Origin: Octopus sinensis
Taxonomy: Eukaryota
Assembly: GCF_006345805.1 (NCBI RefSeq)
Contig: NC_043013.1
Location: 35,402,001-35,466,000, forward strand
DNA length: 64,000 nucleotides
Reading direction: 5' to 3'
Shown here: piece by piece, positions 25,926 through 39,231 of the stretch
How positions within the stretch are numbered: position 1 is the first letter of the stretch
Layout: each line of letters starts with the position of its first letter
Program-made: the position numbers and the translations under genes
Notes under the pieces: model-generated
The model's database searches: none
What the model was told of the DNA's origin: nothing
Seen by the model: the letters and a program-made list of their open reading frames with translations, nothing else

Positions 25926-26864
25926 TTTTTGCTCTAAACAATCAAAATCAAACCAAAATATCATTTGAAATGAAACAATGCACAAGATGAAGCATAAGCA
26001 ACACAGTAGCTCATAGCTTTTGACTGTTACCTGTAGACCATGACAAAAATACTTGTGCTTCACAGGAAAATTATCAAGAACCTATATGTGATTTTGGTTT
26101 CACTGCATTATTGAACACTTTTCTTTGCTATCCAACTACAGTTTTTGCTGCAATTGAAGCTGTCTGTAACGGCAGCACTTATTTGAATAGACATTTTGCC
26201 AAAGCACCATTGTGACTTACTCTAAATTAGCTTTCAGAATATATTACACTATTAACAGACATTATCTGAGAATAATTGCTGACTAGTTGGCAGGTGTTAG
26301 CTATATGGTTATGAGTTTGTGATGTATGAAATAAGATTAACTTAGTAATACTAATGAAATGTGATAGATAGAGCTTTCTGTTTTAACTTCTTAGTCTTTC
26401 TGATACAGTTATTCAGTAATATTATTAATAATATTATTATTCAGAAGTAGTAACAGCAGTGGTACTATTATTTCTGCAATGACTATGGTTACTACTATTG
26501 ATAGGAAAGCAAAGCGGTGAATGAGAAACTTCTCTCTTAATGTAATTTGGTTTCTCACATTTCTGCATTGGAATGCCAATGAAGTTGACTTAGACTCACA
26601 TTCTACTTAAAGTTGATAAACTAACTATTATTATAGCTATCATTATTATCATTTTACTGTGTCTAACTAAATGCCAGGAAATATTTAATATTATACCTAT
26701 ACTTTATAAGCTTAGAACCTGCCAAAAGTAACTTTGATTTTTTTTCAGCCTCCTGGTACCAATAAATAAATTAAAAACCAATGAAGATGAGGGATGGGGG
26801 TGGACGATACTGGGTGATTCATAGTAATGTATAATAATAACCTTGTGCCAATATGGGAAAACCT

Positions 26865-27800
26865 CAAAGCAGCAAGCTGGCAGGAACGTTGGCGTGTTGG
26901 GCAAAATGCTTCGCGACATTTCATCTGTCTTTGTGTTCTGAGTTCAAATTTCACTGAGGTTGACTTTACCTTTCATGCTTTGAGGATTGATAAACTAAAG
27001 ACCAGTTGAACACTGGGGTTGATGTAATTGACTACTCTGCCCTGGAATTGCTGGCCTTATACCAAAATTTTAAATGTATAGGAGAAAGCCTTATCATTTA
27101 TGCTACAATACTAAGGCAGCAAGCTGGCAGAATCATTAGCACCCTGCATGTAATGCGTAGTGGTATTTTGCTTATTGTTACCGTCTGAGTTCAAACTCTG
27201 CTGAGGTCAACTTTGCCTCTCATCCTTTCAGATCAATAATTTGAGTACCAGTTCATTCTGGGGTTGATCTAATCGACTGGCCCCCTCCCCAACAATTTCA
27301 GGTCTTGTGCCTTTACTAGAAAGGATTATTATAATTATAAAAAAGGCAACGAACTGGCAAAATTGTTAGCATGCTGGACGAAATGCTTAGCAGTATATCG
27401 TCCGTCACTATGTTCTGAATTCAAATTCCACTGAGGTTGACTTTACCTTTCATCCTTTCAGGGTCAATAAATTAAGTACCAGTTGCGTAAAGGGGAGGGG
27501 TCAATCTAAACGACTGGACCCTCCTCCACAATTTCAGGCCTTGTGCCTATAGTAGAAAGGTTTATCATTATTACTAAAGCGGTGAGCTGGCAGAATTGTT
27601 AGCACACTGGACGAAATGGTTAGCGGTATTTCACTCATCGCTATGTTCTGAGTTCAAATCTCACTGAGGTTGACTTTACCTTTCATCATTTCAGGGCTGA
27701 TAAGTTAAGTACCAGATAAATTAGGTACTGGGTTTCATCTAATCGACTGGTCCCCTCCCCCAAAATTTCAGGCCTTGTGCCTATAATAGAAAGGATTATT
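26865..27800 (+). mobile_element. Four head-to-tail copies of SINE family B
   Basis: Heads (gcaagctggcag / ggtgagctggcag ... ctgagttcaaat) near 26868, 27112, 27343 and 27577. Confidence 0.85.
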
Positions 27801-28096
27801 TATGTTAAATGTTGTATTGTGTGCCTCATCATATTTAAGTGAATCTTTTAGTTTCAAATATTCTGTCTTTTTATTTTTTATATTTTACTTGATTCAGTGA
27901 TGTTTCTTGATTCAGCTGGGAAATTGTCTTGTAGAATTTAGTTGAACAAATTGACCTTAAACCATATCTTTTAGATCTTTTAGATCTATTCTGTGAGTGT
28001 CTTTTGCCAAACTGCTAAGTTACGGGGACTTCAGTAAACCAATACTGGTTGTCAAATGGAAGCAGGGGACAAATATGAATACACACACACAAACAA

Positions 28097-28136
<40 letters not shown>

Positions 28137-28254
28137 TGCAGTTTCCACCAGTAGTCATTAGATTAGAGAGATTAAGAAACAGACAGAAACAGATAGAGAG
28201 AGATAGAGACAGAAAGAGACAGATATAGACAGATAGACAGACAGGCAGACAGAC

Positions 28255-28294
28255 AGACAGACAGACAGACAGATAGATAGAGAGATAGATAGAG

Positions 28295-28359
<65 letters not shown>

Positions 28360-28370
28360 GATAGATAGAT

Positions 28371-28448
<78 letters not shown>

Positions 28449-28460
28449 GGATAGATAGGT
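28255..28460 (+). repeat. (TAGA)n / (CAGA)n microsatellite
   Basis: Direct reading. Confidence 0.95.
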
Positions 28461-28733
28461 AGGTAGTTAGAGAGAGAGAGAGAGATGCTGTTAAGTCTAT
28501 AATAACAGAAGCAGATAGTTCATAGTTATTTAACACATTCTAACCTTTAAGTATTTAAAGCAACCATATTTGGTCCCAATATTTTTCAAACTTGCCAGAT
28601 CTAATCTTTCACACCTACCCTACAATGTCATTCCAAAACTAAACAATCACATCAACAACGCTATGAGGTAATGCATAATTAATTCAAAAGTGGGTAAATG
28701 CATAATAATTAAATTTAACCAGCTCACAGAGTG

Positions 28734-29046
28734 TGGAGGTGCAATGGCCCAGTGGTTAGGGCAGCAGACTCGCAATTGTAAGATCGCTGTTTCGATTCCC
28801 AGACCGGGCTTTGTGAGTGTTTATTGAGTGAAAAACACCTAAAGCTCCACGAGGCTCTGTCAGGAGGTGGTGGCTAAAAGGGCCAGCCTTGTCACACTCT
28901 GTGTCACACTGAATCTCCCTGAGTACTACGTTAAGGGTTCACGTATCTGTGGAGTTCTCAGCCACTTGTACATTAATTTCATGAGCAGGCTTTTCCGTTG
29001 ATCGGATCGACTGGAACCCTCATCGTCAAAACTGACAGAGTGCTAT
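28734..29046 (+). mobile_element. SINE family C with an internal deletion
   Basis: Homologous to 11924-12305 but lacks the ccctgctgtactc...tttc block. Confidence 0.85.
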
Positions 29047-29089
29047 GACAATTTGACAGAGTAATCCAAACAGTAAAAGGTTAAAGAAT

Positions 29090-29490
29090 AGGCACAGGAG
29101 TTGCTGTCTGGTAAGAAGCTTGCTTACCAACCACATGGTTCTGGGTTCAGTCCCACTGCATGGCACCTTGAGCAAGTCTCTTCTATTATATCCTCGGGCC
29201 GACCAAAGCCTTGTGAATGGATTTGGTAGACAGAAGCTGAAAGAAACCCGTCATATATACATGTATGTGTATATGTGTGTGGATATATTTGTGTATCTCT
29301 GTTCTCCCCACACAACATTGCCTGACAACCGAAGTTGGTGTGTTCACATCCCCATCACTTAGTGTTTCAGCAAAAGATAGAATACGTACTAGGCTTACAA
29401 AGAATAAGTCCTGGAGTTGGTTTGTTCGACTAAAGGTGGTGCTCCAGCATGGCCACTATCAAATGACTGAAGCTAATAAAAGAATAAAAG
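29090..29490 (+). mobile_element. SINE family A, full length
   Basis: Same blocks as the other family-A copies. Confidence 0.9.
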
Positions 29491-29554
29491 AATAGAAGAA
29501 TATGGAGTATTTTCATTAATTTTCTTTAAATTTTGGCTTTCACAGGATTACAAC

Positions 29555-30019
29555 TACAAATAAATCTGTGTGTGTGTTTGTATGTGTGTGTTTGCATGTG
29601 TGTGTGTGAGAGAGAGAGAGAGTGTTTGTGCATATGTGTTTGTTTGTGTGTGTGTGTATGAGTGTTTGTGTGTACGTGAGTGTATATGTACACATGTTCC
29701 TGTGTGTGTGTGTGTTTGTGCGTATGAATGAGTGTGTGTTGTGTGCGTGTATGTTTTTGTGTATGTGTGTGTTGTGTGTGTGTGTGGGTGTTTGTGTTGT
29801 GTATGTGTGTATGAGTATGAGTGTTTGTGTGCATGTGTGTGTGCGTTCGTTCTTGTGTGTTTGTGTGTTTGAGTATATGAGTGGTTTGTGTGTGTGTGTG
29901 CATGTGTGTGCATGCTTGTGTGTATGTTTTTGTGTGCACCCATGTGTGTGCATGCATTTGTGTTGTGTGTATGTGTGCGTGCGTGCGTGTGTGTGTGTGT
30001 GTGTGGTGTGTGTGTGTGT

Positions 30020-30053
<34 letters not shown>

Positions 30054-30060
30054 TGTGTTC
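29555..30060 (+). repeat. Degenerate (TG)n tract
   Basis: Direct reading. Accounts for the His/Thr and Cys/Val ORFs here. Confidence 0.95.
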
Positions 30061-30338
30061 ATGTCAGATATGATTGTGCTTTTCGGAGGCAGTTGTGGGG
30101 TACATGAGGTTTGTTACGTCTCTGCTTATACTGTCTAAGCAAATGCTACTTGTATAATTCTGAAGAAATATTTCAGTATAATTGTGAAATTACCATGAAC
30201 TTAATTTGTACAAGACCAATTAAAAGGATTTGCATGTCTGAAGAGCCATTAACATGCATGTGCTACCTAAATTTAATAATAGGCTCTCTCAGATGTAAAC
30301 AAACAGTAATTCTGTCCCGGATATAATGCACACACACA

Positions 30339-30384
<46 letters not shown>

Positions 30385-30422
30385 CACACACGCACAACAT
30401 ACATACACACACATGTATATGG

Positions 30423-30472
<50 letters not shown>

Positions 30473-31089
30473 GTCTGCACATATTTATACATATTATGGT
30501 ATCACGGTATCGACCAGACGATTGGTTGTTCTTATACATCACTGATCACAATGCGCTTCACATTATTTTAGCTTTCAAATGGCACAACCCTGCTGGCTAG
30601 GTGAACCGGCCAATTACAGACATATACATACAAACATACATACATAAATATATATATATATATATACACACACAAACACACACACACATACATACATACA
30701 TATATACATACATACACACACACATACACACATACATACATACATACATAGGGAATCTCTAGGACATGAAAGGGTTTCAATTGGTACATGTTTGAGATTT
30801 AATGAAGTGAATTTCGATGGTTGTGGATTGCATTTACTTGGCTGTATTGTCCGTTAGAGTGCTTTTGTTGTTTTTTAATTGTAATTGATGTATGATTGAA
30901 TAGATAACACTCACACTCATAATACATAGACATTTAAATTAATTTTTACAAACCACCCATCCTTTCACACGGAATTTCGTCTATCTTTAAACCATACCTT
31001 GAAGTGACTTATATATGTAAGGGAACTGTAATTGTGTATATATATATATATATGTATCAGAAAGTATAAATATGGCGCAGAAAAATAAA

Positions 31090-31499
31090 TATGGTGCAGG
31101 AGTGGCTGTGTGGTAAGTAGTTTGCTGACCAGCCACATGATTCCGGGTTCAGTCCCACTGCATGGCATCTTGGGCAAGTGTCTTCTACTCTAGCCTCGGA
31201 CCGACCAAAGCCTTGTGAGTGGATTTGGTAGACGGAAACTGAAAGAAGCCCGTCATATATATGTATATATATGTGTGTGTGTGTGTGTTTGTGTGTCTGT
31301 GTTTGTTCCCCCAACATCGCTTGACAATCGATGCTGTTGTGTTTACATCCCCATAACTTAGCGGTTCGGCAAAAGAGACCAATACAATAAGTACTAGGCT
31401 TACAAAGAATAAGTCCCAGGGACGATTTGCTCGACTAAAGGCGGTGCTCCAGCATGGCCGCAGTCAAATGACTGAAACAAGTAAAAGAGTAAAAGAGTA
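31090..31499 (+). mobile_element. SINE family A, well-preserved reference copy
   Basis: A-box-like TGGCTGTGTGG, B-box-like GGTTCAGTCCC, central (TA)(TG)n, and tail ggcggtgctccagcatggccgcagtcaaatgactgaaacaag(TAAAAGAG)n. Confidence 0.92.
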
Positions 31500-31877
31500 T
31501 AAATCGAAACAATTTGTTGGCCTTTTTGGTTTTTGAAATAATTGTTTATGTTATGTAATATTATGTTATATTAAATTCATAGTATATTGTGTAATATTAT
31601 AATATAAATTATTGTCTTGTCAAATAATATCTCACTGTTTAATTTATCTTTGTAATTGTGTTATATCTATATTTATATGGTATTCAACTGAAGTACCAGT
31701 GAATTGAATGTTTAACACACCACTTTGGAGGGACTCCTTTCCTCAGTATGTTACACACACACACACATATAAATGAGTAAACTGCCCTTTGGAAGTATTG
31801 GCTAAGTATCTTTATATAAAGTATCTTTATATGTCTAACAAACAAGAGCAGATTTAGTGCTGATTTAGATTTAGGTA

Positions 31878-32219
31878 GTGCTACCCTGGGTCAAGAGTGT
31901 GGCTGCTGGAAGACCCTGTGTCTCGCAACAGGACTCTGCACCATGCCACACAGTCAGGAGGACCCAGTCATAACTTTCAGACAATTTCTGCAGCCACATC
32001 ACCCCTGACATCTGGCCACCTGACTCCCTAGCCTGCAACTCCCTTGGTTATTATGTGTGGGGTGCAGTTGAGTGGCAGATCAACAAAACTCTTTATAACA
32101 CAAAAGATGGACTGAAGGCAAAAATTTTGGAAGTATTCACCATCTTAAACAAGGAGGGCATCCAGAAGAGTTGGAGGAGATTCCAAAATCATCTGGAGGC
32201 TTTAGTTGAAGCCAATGGC
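31878..32219 (+). pseudogene. Tc1/mariner transposase catalytic C-terminal fragment with DD37D (maT-type) spacing
   Basis: One frame reads VLPWVKSVAAGRPCVSQQDSAPCH...WPPDSLACNSLGYYVWGAVE...LEALVEANG. There are 37 codons between the QQD aspartate and the third catalytic position (now Gly), with one in-frame stop. Confidence 0.85.
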
Positions 32220-32313
32220 GTAGTGGTTAAGAGAGCACTGGCATCTGGCATAGTGGCTAAGAGCATGGGCTACTAACCCCACGATTCCAAGTTTGACTCC
32301 AAGCAGTGACCTG

Positions 32314-32389
<76 letters not shown>

Positions 32390-32403
32390 GCAGCAGCAGC
32401 AGC

Positions 32404-32454
<51 letters not shown>

Positions 32455-32640
32455 AATAATAGTAATAACAACAACAACAACAACAACAACATTGAAAAAT
32501 GCCTTAGGAATGAGAACCTAGGTTCGAAATTTCCCCCAAACACCTAATGAAGGCTGGAGGGTATATCAGCCGAAACATTGTGTAAACAACAAAAAAGATG
32601 AGGAGAAATATCTATCAAAAGTAAATAGTGTAAATAATAG
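32214..32640 (+). mobile_element. SINE family E, full length (duplicated head, (AAC)n spacer, hammerhead-like tail 32539-32583)
   Basis: A boxes at 32215 and 32246. Tail reads aacac CTAATGA A GGCTG n10 CAGCC GAAA CATT gtgt. Confidence 0.8.
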
Positions 32641-33264
32641 CATTAGTAATTAGAAAGGAGAATGCCCTCTCGTATCTGGACCCCAACAAAAAGCATTCCA
32701 GTTGAATTATCTTACGATATGTTCTTTTAGCCTTTTGACACCAGTATTAAATACAAATTGTACATGAGGTCTGGTATGCAGCAGATTATAGGAGATCTTC
32801 CATGCAGTCACTCAACTTGCTAGAAATAACTGTCAAATCTCCTTCAAATTACAACTCTACTGTCTTAAAAATGAGAAAGACATATTAAATTATCTGTCTT
32901 ACATTATATCTTTTCTACTGGAGGCACAATGCCTCGAATTTGTGGGGAGGGGACAAGTCGATTACATCGACCCTAGTGTTTCACTGGTACTTAATTTAAA
33001 ACACAGCAAAATAGTCTTAATGTGAGAGATGCCATGAAATTTTGCTATTTCTTAAAAGCGTTTTAACCATGAAACTCCTGGTCACTAGCCATAAGCTCCT
33101 ACATGTGTGAATTTGATAGCTGTGTTATTTAAAACTTCACAAAAGCGGTGATCATGCAGAATCATAAGCATGGCAGATAAAATGCCTGGCATCAGTTTTC
33201 AGGCTTTTTATGTTGTGAGTTCAAATTCTGCTGAAATTAACTTTACTCTTCCTCATCTTGGGGT

Positions 33265-33500
33265 CATCATCATCATCATCATCGTTTAATGTCCGTTTTC
33301 CATGCTACCATGGATTGGATGGTTCGACCAGGGTCTGAGAAGCCAGGAGACTGCACCAGGCTCCAGTCTGTTCTGGTAGTGTTTCTATAGCTGGATGCCC
33401 TTCCTAATGTCAACCACTCCGTAAGTGTAGTGGGTACTTTTTATGTGCCACCAGCACAGGGGCCAGAGGAGGCTGGCAATGGCCGTTATCAGTTGGTGCT
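33265..33500 (-). mobile_element. Family D: RTE 3'UTR remnant
   Basis: (CAT)n cgtttaatgtcc ... ggatgcccttcctaatg. Confidence 0.8.
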
Positions 33501-33569
33501 CGTTAAAATAATTATCAGTTAAGAATTAGAATTTGAAAGAATTGTTTTTTAGAACTTCATGCTCTTTTA

Positions 33570-33965
33570 TTTGTTTCTGTCATTAAATTGTGATCATGCT
33601 GGAGCACTACCTTCGAGGATTATAGTCAAACAAATCAACCCCAGTATTTGATGTTTTGCTTTAGTCTGGTGCTTATTCTATCGATCCCTTTGCCAAACTG
33701 CTAAGTTGTGGAGACATAGATATAAACACACCAACACAGGCTGTCAAGTGGTGGTGGTGGTGATGGGTAGGGGACGCAGATACACACACATACACACATA
33801 CATATACATCAGGCTTCTTTCAGTTTCTCTTTCTCTATCCCACTCACAGGGCTTTGGTTGGCTCAAGGCTATAGTAGAAGATTTTTGCCCAAGTTGCCAT
33901 GCAATGGGACTGAACCTGAAACCATGCGGTTAGGAAACAAAATTCTTACCATACAGCCATGCCTG
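33570..33965 (-). mobile_element. SINE family A (degenerate)
   Basis: Family-A blocks in order. Confidence 0.8.
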
Positions 33966-35204
33966 TGCCAACATATTCATAATGGTCTTCTAGCAAGGTA
34001 GGAGGGAAGGAAATTAAATGTAGAACTTTTCAACATAGACACAATGTAATATTAATTTTAACCCGTGAACTGAAGAATTCATTACAGAGCAAGTAAATCA
34101 TTTGAAATAAAACTTGAATTTAATAATCTAAATTTAGCATCCAACTAATAAACTTCCATTCCTGAAAACTTTTTCAAACTCATTCATCAAATTACAAAGT
34201 TAAAATCTTTTTAATAAGTTGAAACATTTTCAGTTTTGTCCTTTTTTTTTTTTCTCTAGAATGTGATATTCTGTACATATTTGGGAGTTAGTTTAACAAC
34301 ATTTATGTAAGCAATTCATAAATGGTTTCTCTCCAATCATGTTTGGAACTAAGCCAAGTAAAAAAACTTTACATTGTACAAATACTTTATTACTCACAAG
34401 GAAGTGGTTATGAATTGAAAAGGCAAGTTCAAAATTACTAAAACTGTGTTTTGAAATTTATTTGGTACAAGATAAGCATCATTGTGACGAAATGAAAATT
34501 TTTCATATTTGAATGTATAATTCAAAACATGAAATAAAGCTTCTAATATTGAAACTTTGTTAAATAAAACCTTTCTCCTTGTTGTTTCCTTATTTATTAT
34601 TTTATTTATGAAATTTTAAATTATTGCATTAGTTATACAAACACATATACACCCGCACAAAAGCACACATATAATAAACACACTGAATGCCAGCAGTGGT
34701 AGTAATATCATAAGTTTCGCTGTTTGTATGGGTTAAATTCAATATAGATGTACAAACACAGACATATATGTAATAAATTTAATATATGTAAACATATTTA
34801 GTGCAAATGTGGAGGAAATTTCGGGCTGAAACTTGAAAACAATAATAGAGAACAAAGATCGGCATTAAAACTATTAGAATTTGGGGTTTTATTGCTGCCA
34901 ATCATCAGGTGATGCAGAGCAGAAACCTCATGGTCGTTTCATAAAGCATAAATACTTTATACAATAATTCTTTTCGTGTTGATCTCATGCTTACAAATAT
35001 TGAATTTCACATGTTATCACACAATATATTTAATAATTGATACATTACAGGCTATGATGTAAACTATGCATATATTTACACACACATACACACACATGCA
35101 TTTATATATATATAGATAGTTATTTGTATGTATGTATATATGTATATATGTATGTGTGTATGTATGTATGTATGTATGCATTTATCTCTCTCTCTCTCTC
35201 TATC

Positions 35205-35252
<48 letters not shown>

Positions 35253-35288
35253 CATACATATGTAATGGATATATATATATATAAATAA

Positions 35289-35320
<32 letters not shown>

Positions 35321-35558
35321 GCATACATACACATACATATATTCATATTTTATATATAAACCTATGTATATGCATATGTAATGTATACATATATATAAAT
35401 AGATTCATACAAATATATATATATATATATATACACATACATATATCCGTGTGTATGCATGTATCTTTGTAATTGTGTTATATTCATATTTATATGGTAT
35501 TTATATGGTATCCATAAACACATAAAAATATATATGTATATCAGTGTATATATATATA

Positions 35559-35598
<40 letters not shown>

Positions 35599-35812
35599 AC
35601 ATACATACATACTTACCTACCTCCATACATACATGTATATGTATACATAAATATGTATGCATTCTTTTGTATACAATAATATATGTGTATGTGTGTGTAT
35701 AATTATGTATAAGTAAATATATGTGTGCATGTGAATGTAAACATATGTGTATACACATGTGTATGTACGTGTGTGTGTGTATGTGTGTGTGTATGTGTGT
35801 GTGTGTGTGTGA

Positions 35813-35870
<58 letters not shown>

Positions 35871-35874
<4 letters not shown>

Positions 35875-36199
35875 CATCTAATTCATATTTGCGACCAACA
35901 TTTTTCACCTGAAATTGGTGAAAATTCGCTAGGACAAATTATTAGTTTTAATTTTATCATTATAATATTCTTTTAAATATAAATGAAATGTAAAATGATC
36001 AAGAGCATAGCAATTTTAATACAGAATTATGAATAAGAAATGAAAATGCTAATTGGAATATTTAAAAGATATAAAAGTTAACCTTTCTTAATTGATGTGA
36101 AGAATAATTGAGCAAAATTCAAACAATATGGATGCATTATTAATTTTTTGTCAAATCCAACCCAAATTATTTGTACATTAGTATTATATGTGTATGTGC

Positions 36200-36237
<38 letters not shown>

Positions 36238-36600
36238 TGTGTGTGTTGTGTGGTGTGTGTGTAAAACATCTAATTCATATTTGCGACCAACATTTTTCAC
36301 CTGAAATTGGTGAAAAATTCGCTAGGACAAATTATTAGTTTTAATTTTATCATTATATTCTTTTAAATATAAATGAAATGTAAAATGATCAAGAGCATAG
36401 CAATTTTAATACAGAATTATGAATAAGAAATGAAAATGCTAATTGGAATATTTAAAAGATATAAATTTAACCTTTCTTAATTGATGTGAGAATAATTGAG
36501 CAAAATTCAAACAATATGGATGCATTATTAATTTTTTGTCAAATCCAACCCAAATTATTTGTACATTAGTATTATATGTGTATGTGCTTGTGTGTGTGTG

Positions 36601-36640
<40 letters not shown>
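35871..36640 (+). repeat. Near-identical tandem duplication of about 390 bp (35871-36262 and 36263-36640)
   Basis: Both units start aaaacatctaattcatat and end in (TG)n. Confidence 0.9.
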
Positions 36641-36889
36641 TGTATGTGTGTGTTTGAAAGATGACTATGATACTCTTGGCTTCTCAATTCTGTCATCGGT
36701 AAACAAGTTTCATGGTAGAAGTTCCACATGTAAGATTCAGCCCCACTCTCAAGATGGTGCTCCAGCATGGCTGCGGTACAATGAATGAAACGAATAAAAG
36801 AGAGAAAAGTGATAAATGAATAAATAAATATAGATAGATAAGTAGACAGACATGTAGGTGGCTATGAATGTAGTATATATATATATAAA

Positions 36890-37095
36890 GGTAGTCCAAA
36901 CAAGAAAGCACCAAAAAACATGTGAGGACGTGGAACAAGTAGAGTATTATTGGACGCTCAGGAAAGAAGGAAAGAAGGAAAGAAGGAGGGTTTAACGTTT
37001 CGAGCGGAGCTCTTCGTCGCGAAACATAGGAGAAGGAAATATCCAGAGAAGGGAAATCGGAGGAAAAAAAATCGCCAACGGTACACACGAGATCA
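36890..37095 (-). mobile_element. HH-2 copy 2 (motif 36990-37025)
   Basis: gttt CGCGACGA A GAGC tcc GCTC GAAA CGTT aaac. Confidence 0.7.
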
Positions 37096-37659
37096 TACAC
37101 ACACACATACATGTATATATACATATACAAAACAGAAAAAATGCCAAAAAGACATGTTGGTTTTTCTCCAATTTTTTGTAAATTCTTAAATATATTTCCT
37201 TCTGTGTATATATATATATATATATATACATATATATATACTACCATACAAACATGATTTATATTGAACCACCTAAACTTTTTTGTTGAATATTTTCTTA
37301 AATACTTTCTTGAAAACTGTTTTTAACATTTTCTTATTATTATCAAAGAATGTATATATGCATTTTAATACTTTTGTGACAACCAGTACTTAACACAACA
37401 AAGCTTATACAAAGCTTTACATTTACTTTTGACAACCTTTTTAAAAAGGTGAAATGGTCAAGTGAATAAACATCTTCAAAATTGCATTTTCAAACCTTCT
37501 TCATATATATATATATATATATAATATATATATATATATTGTTGTATCTAGGGGGAGTCATTTTCTTTTAGTGCCTTATTATTTAACACACCCACCAGTT
37601 CAGTTTCCCCTCATTTACTTATTCTATCTATCTAATTCTCCTTTTCTTTTTTCTTTTTT

Positions 37660-37955
37660 CTCCAACCAGGCTATCAGATGTTGCTACACATCGCTGGTCA
37701 CAATGCGCTTTGCATTGTTTTAGCCTTCAAATGACGCCACCCCGCTGGCTAAGCGAGCAGGCCAACAGAAGAAAGAGTGAGAGAAAGTTGTGGCGAAAGA
37801 GTACAGCAGGGTTCGCCACCAACCCCTGCCGGAGCCTCGTGGAGCTTTAGGTGTTTTCGCTCAATAAACACTCACAAAGCCCGATCTGGGAATCGAAACC
37901 GCAATCCTCCAACCACGAGTCCGCTGCCCCTAACCACTGGGCCATTGCACCTCCA
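37660..37955 (-). mobile_element. SINE family C variant with a different 3' half
   Basis: 5' part matches 11924-12110. 3' part matches 30520-30610 rather than the other C copies. Confidence 0.8.
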
Positions 37956-38985
37956 CATCTATCTATATAGATAGATATATATAGATAGATGATGGGCTTC
38001 TTTCAGTTTGCATCTACCAAATCCACACTTGATGTTATGGTCAACCTGAGATTATAACAGAAGACACTTACCCAATGTGCCATGCAGTGGGGCTGAACCT
38101 AAAACCAAGAGCTTCTTACCACACAACCACAAATAACACTATTAACCCATTAGATACTAATCAGTTGGAGACCACCTTTGTTCTGTGACACAAACTTTCA
38201 GCTTTAAAATCGTCTAAAAACTTTTCAGCGGAATTACATGTTAATTTATGTCCTGACACCAGTTTAACCTCAACAGAGTTATCTTACTAAATTCTTTGTT
38301 ATTTTTGAAAGATTAATTGAAACAAAAGTAATATATTCCAACCAAAATGTGCTAATGAAAGCATTAAAAGTGGCTACGATCACCCATAGTACTCTTATTT
38401 TGAAATTAATATGCCTATAAAAGTATGCATTCTGTATGGTTATGTATTCATGGCTGTTATGACTAAAGCCTCAAATGAGGGTTCATATAACCAAGTTCAC
38501 ACTGAGGTGACGGCAATTGCCAGACCTAATGAGTTAGCTGGACTATAGTATGGATTTGAAGTCAGTAATTATGACATACACACAGCGCTTTTCAAAAACT
38601 AAAAACAAAGAAACAATCAATAAAAGAGACAAAAATAGATCAGAATTTAAAGGAAAATAAAAACACAAAAAAAAAGGGTAATAATAGAAGTTAATGGCAC
38701 AATTCTAATTCCAAGAAAGGAATATCAGTATTAGAAGCTAAATAAACTAATTGAAGATACAGTTAATTTATTCTCTGCACGGTCCTATACTGGGTTCATT
38801 GGTAATTATCTACCATTTATTTAGTCAGTGTCACCTTATTGAGACATTAGGTAAGCAGAAAATTAACATGAGAATAGACATATACATACATGCATATGTA
38901 TATATATCAAATTTACATACAAGTATGTGTATATGTGTGTGTGTGTGTGATGTATATGTATGTATGTGTGCGTGTTGTGTGTGTA

Positions 38986-39076
<91 letters not shown>

Positions 39077-39181
39077 ATGTATGTATGTATGTATGTATGT
39101 ATTTACAAAGAGAGAGAGAGAGTTAGAAAGATAGATAGATGTATATATATATAAACACATAAAAATATATATGTATATCAG

Positions 39182-39231
<50 letters not shown>

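Noticed and set aside
26037-26215. Frame containing ICDFGF (kinase DFG-like)
   Set aside because: No HRD motif upstream or APE motif downstream, and the frame ends in a stop. Likely chance.
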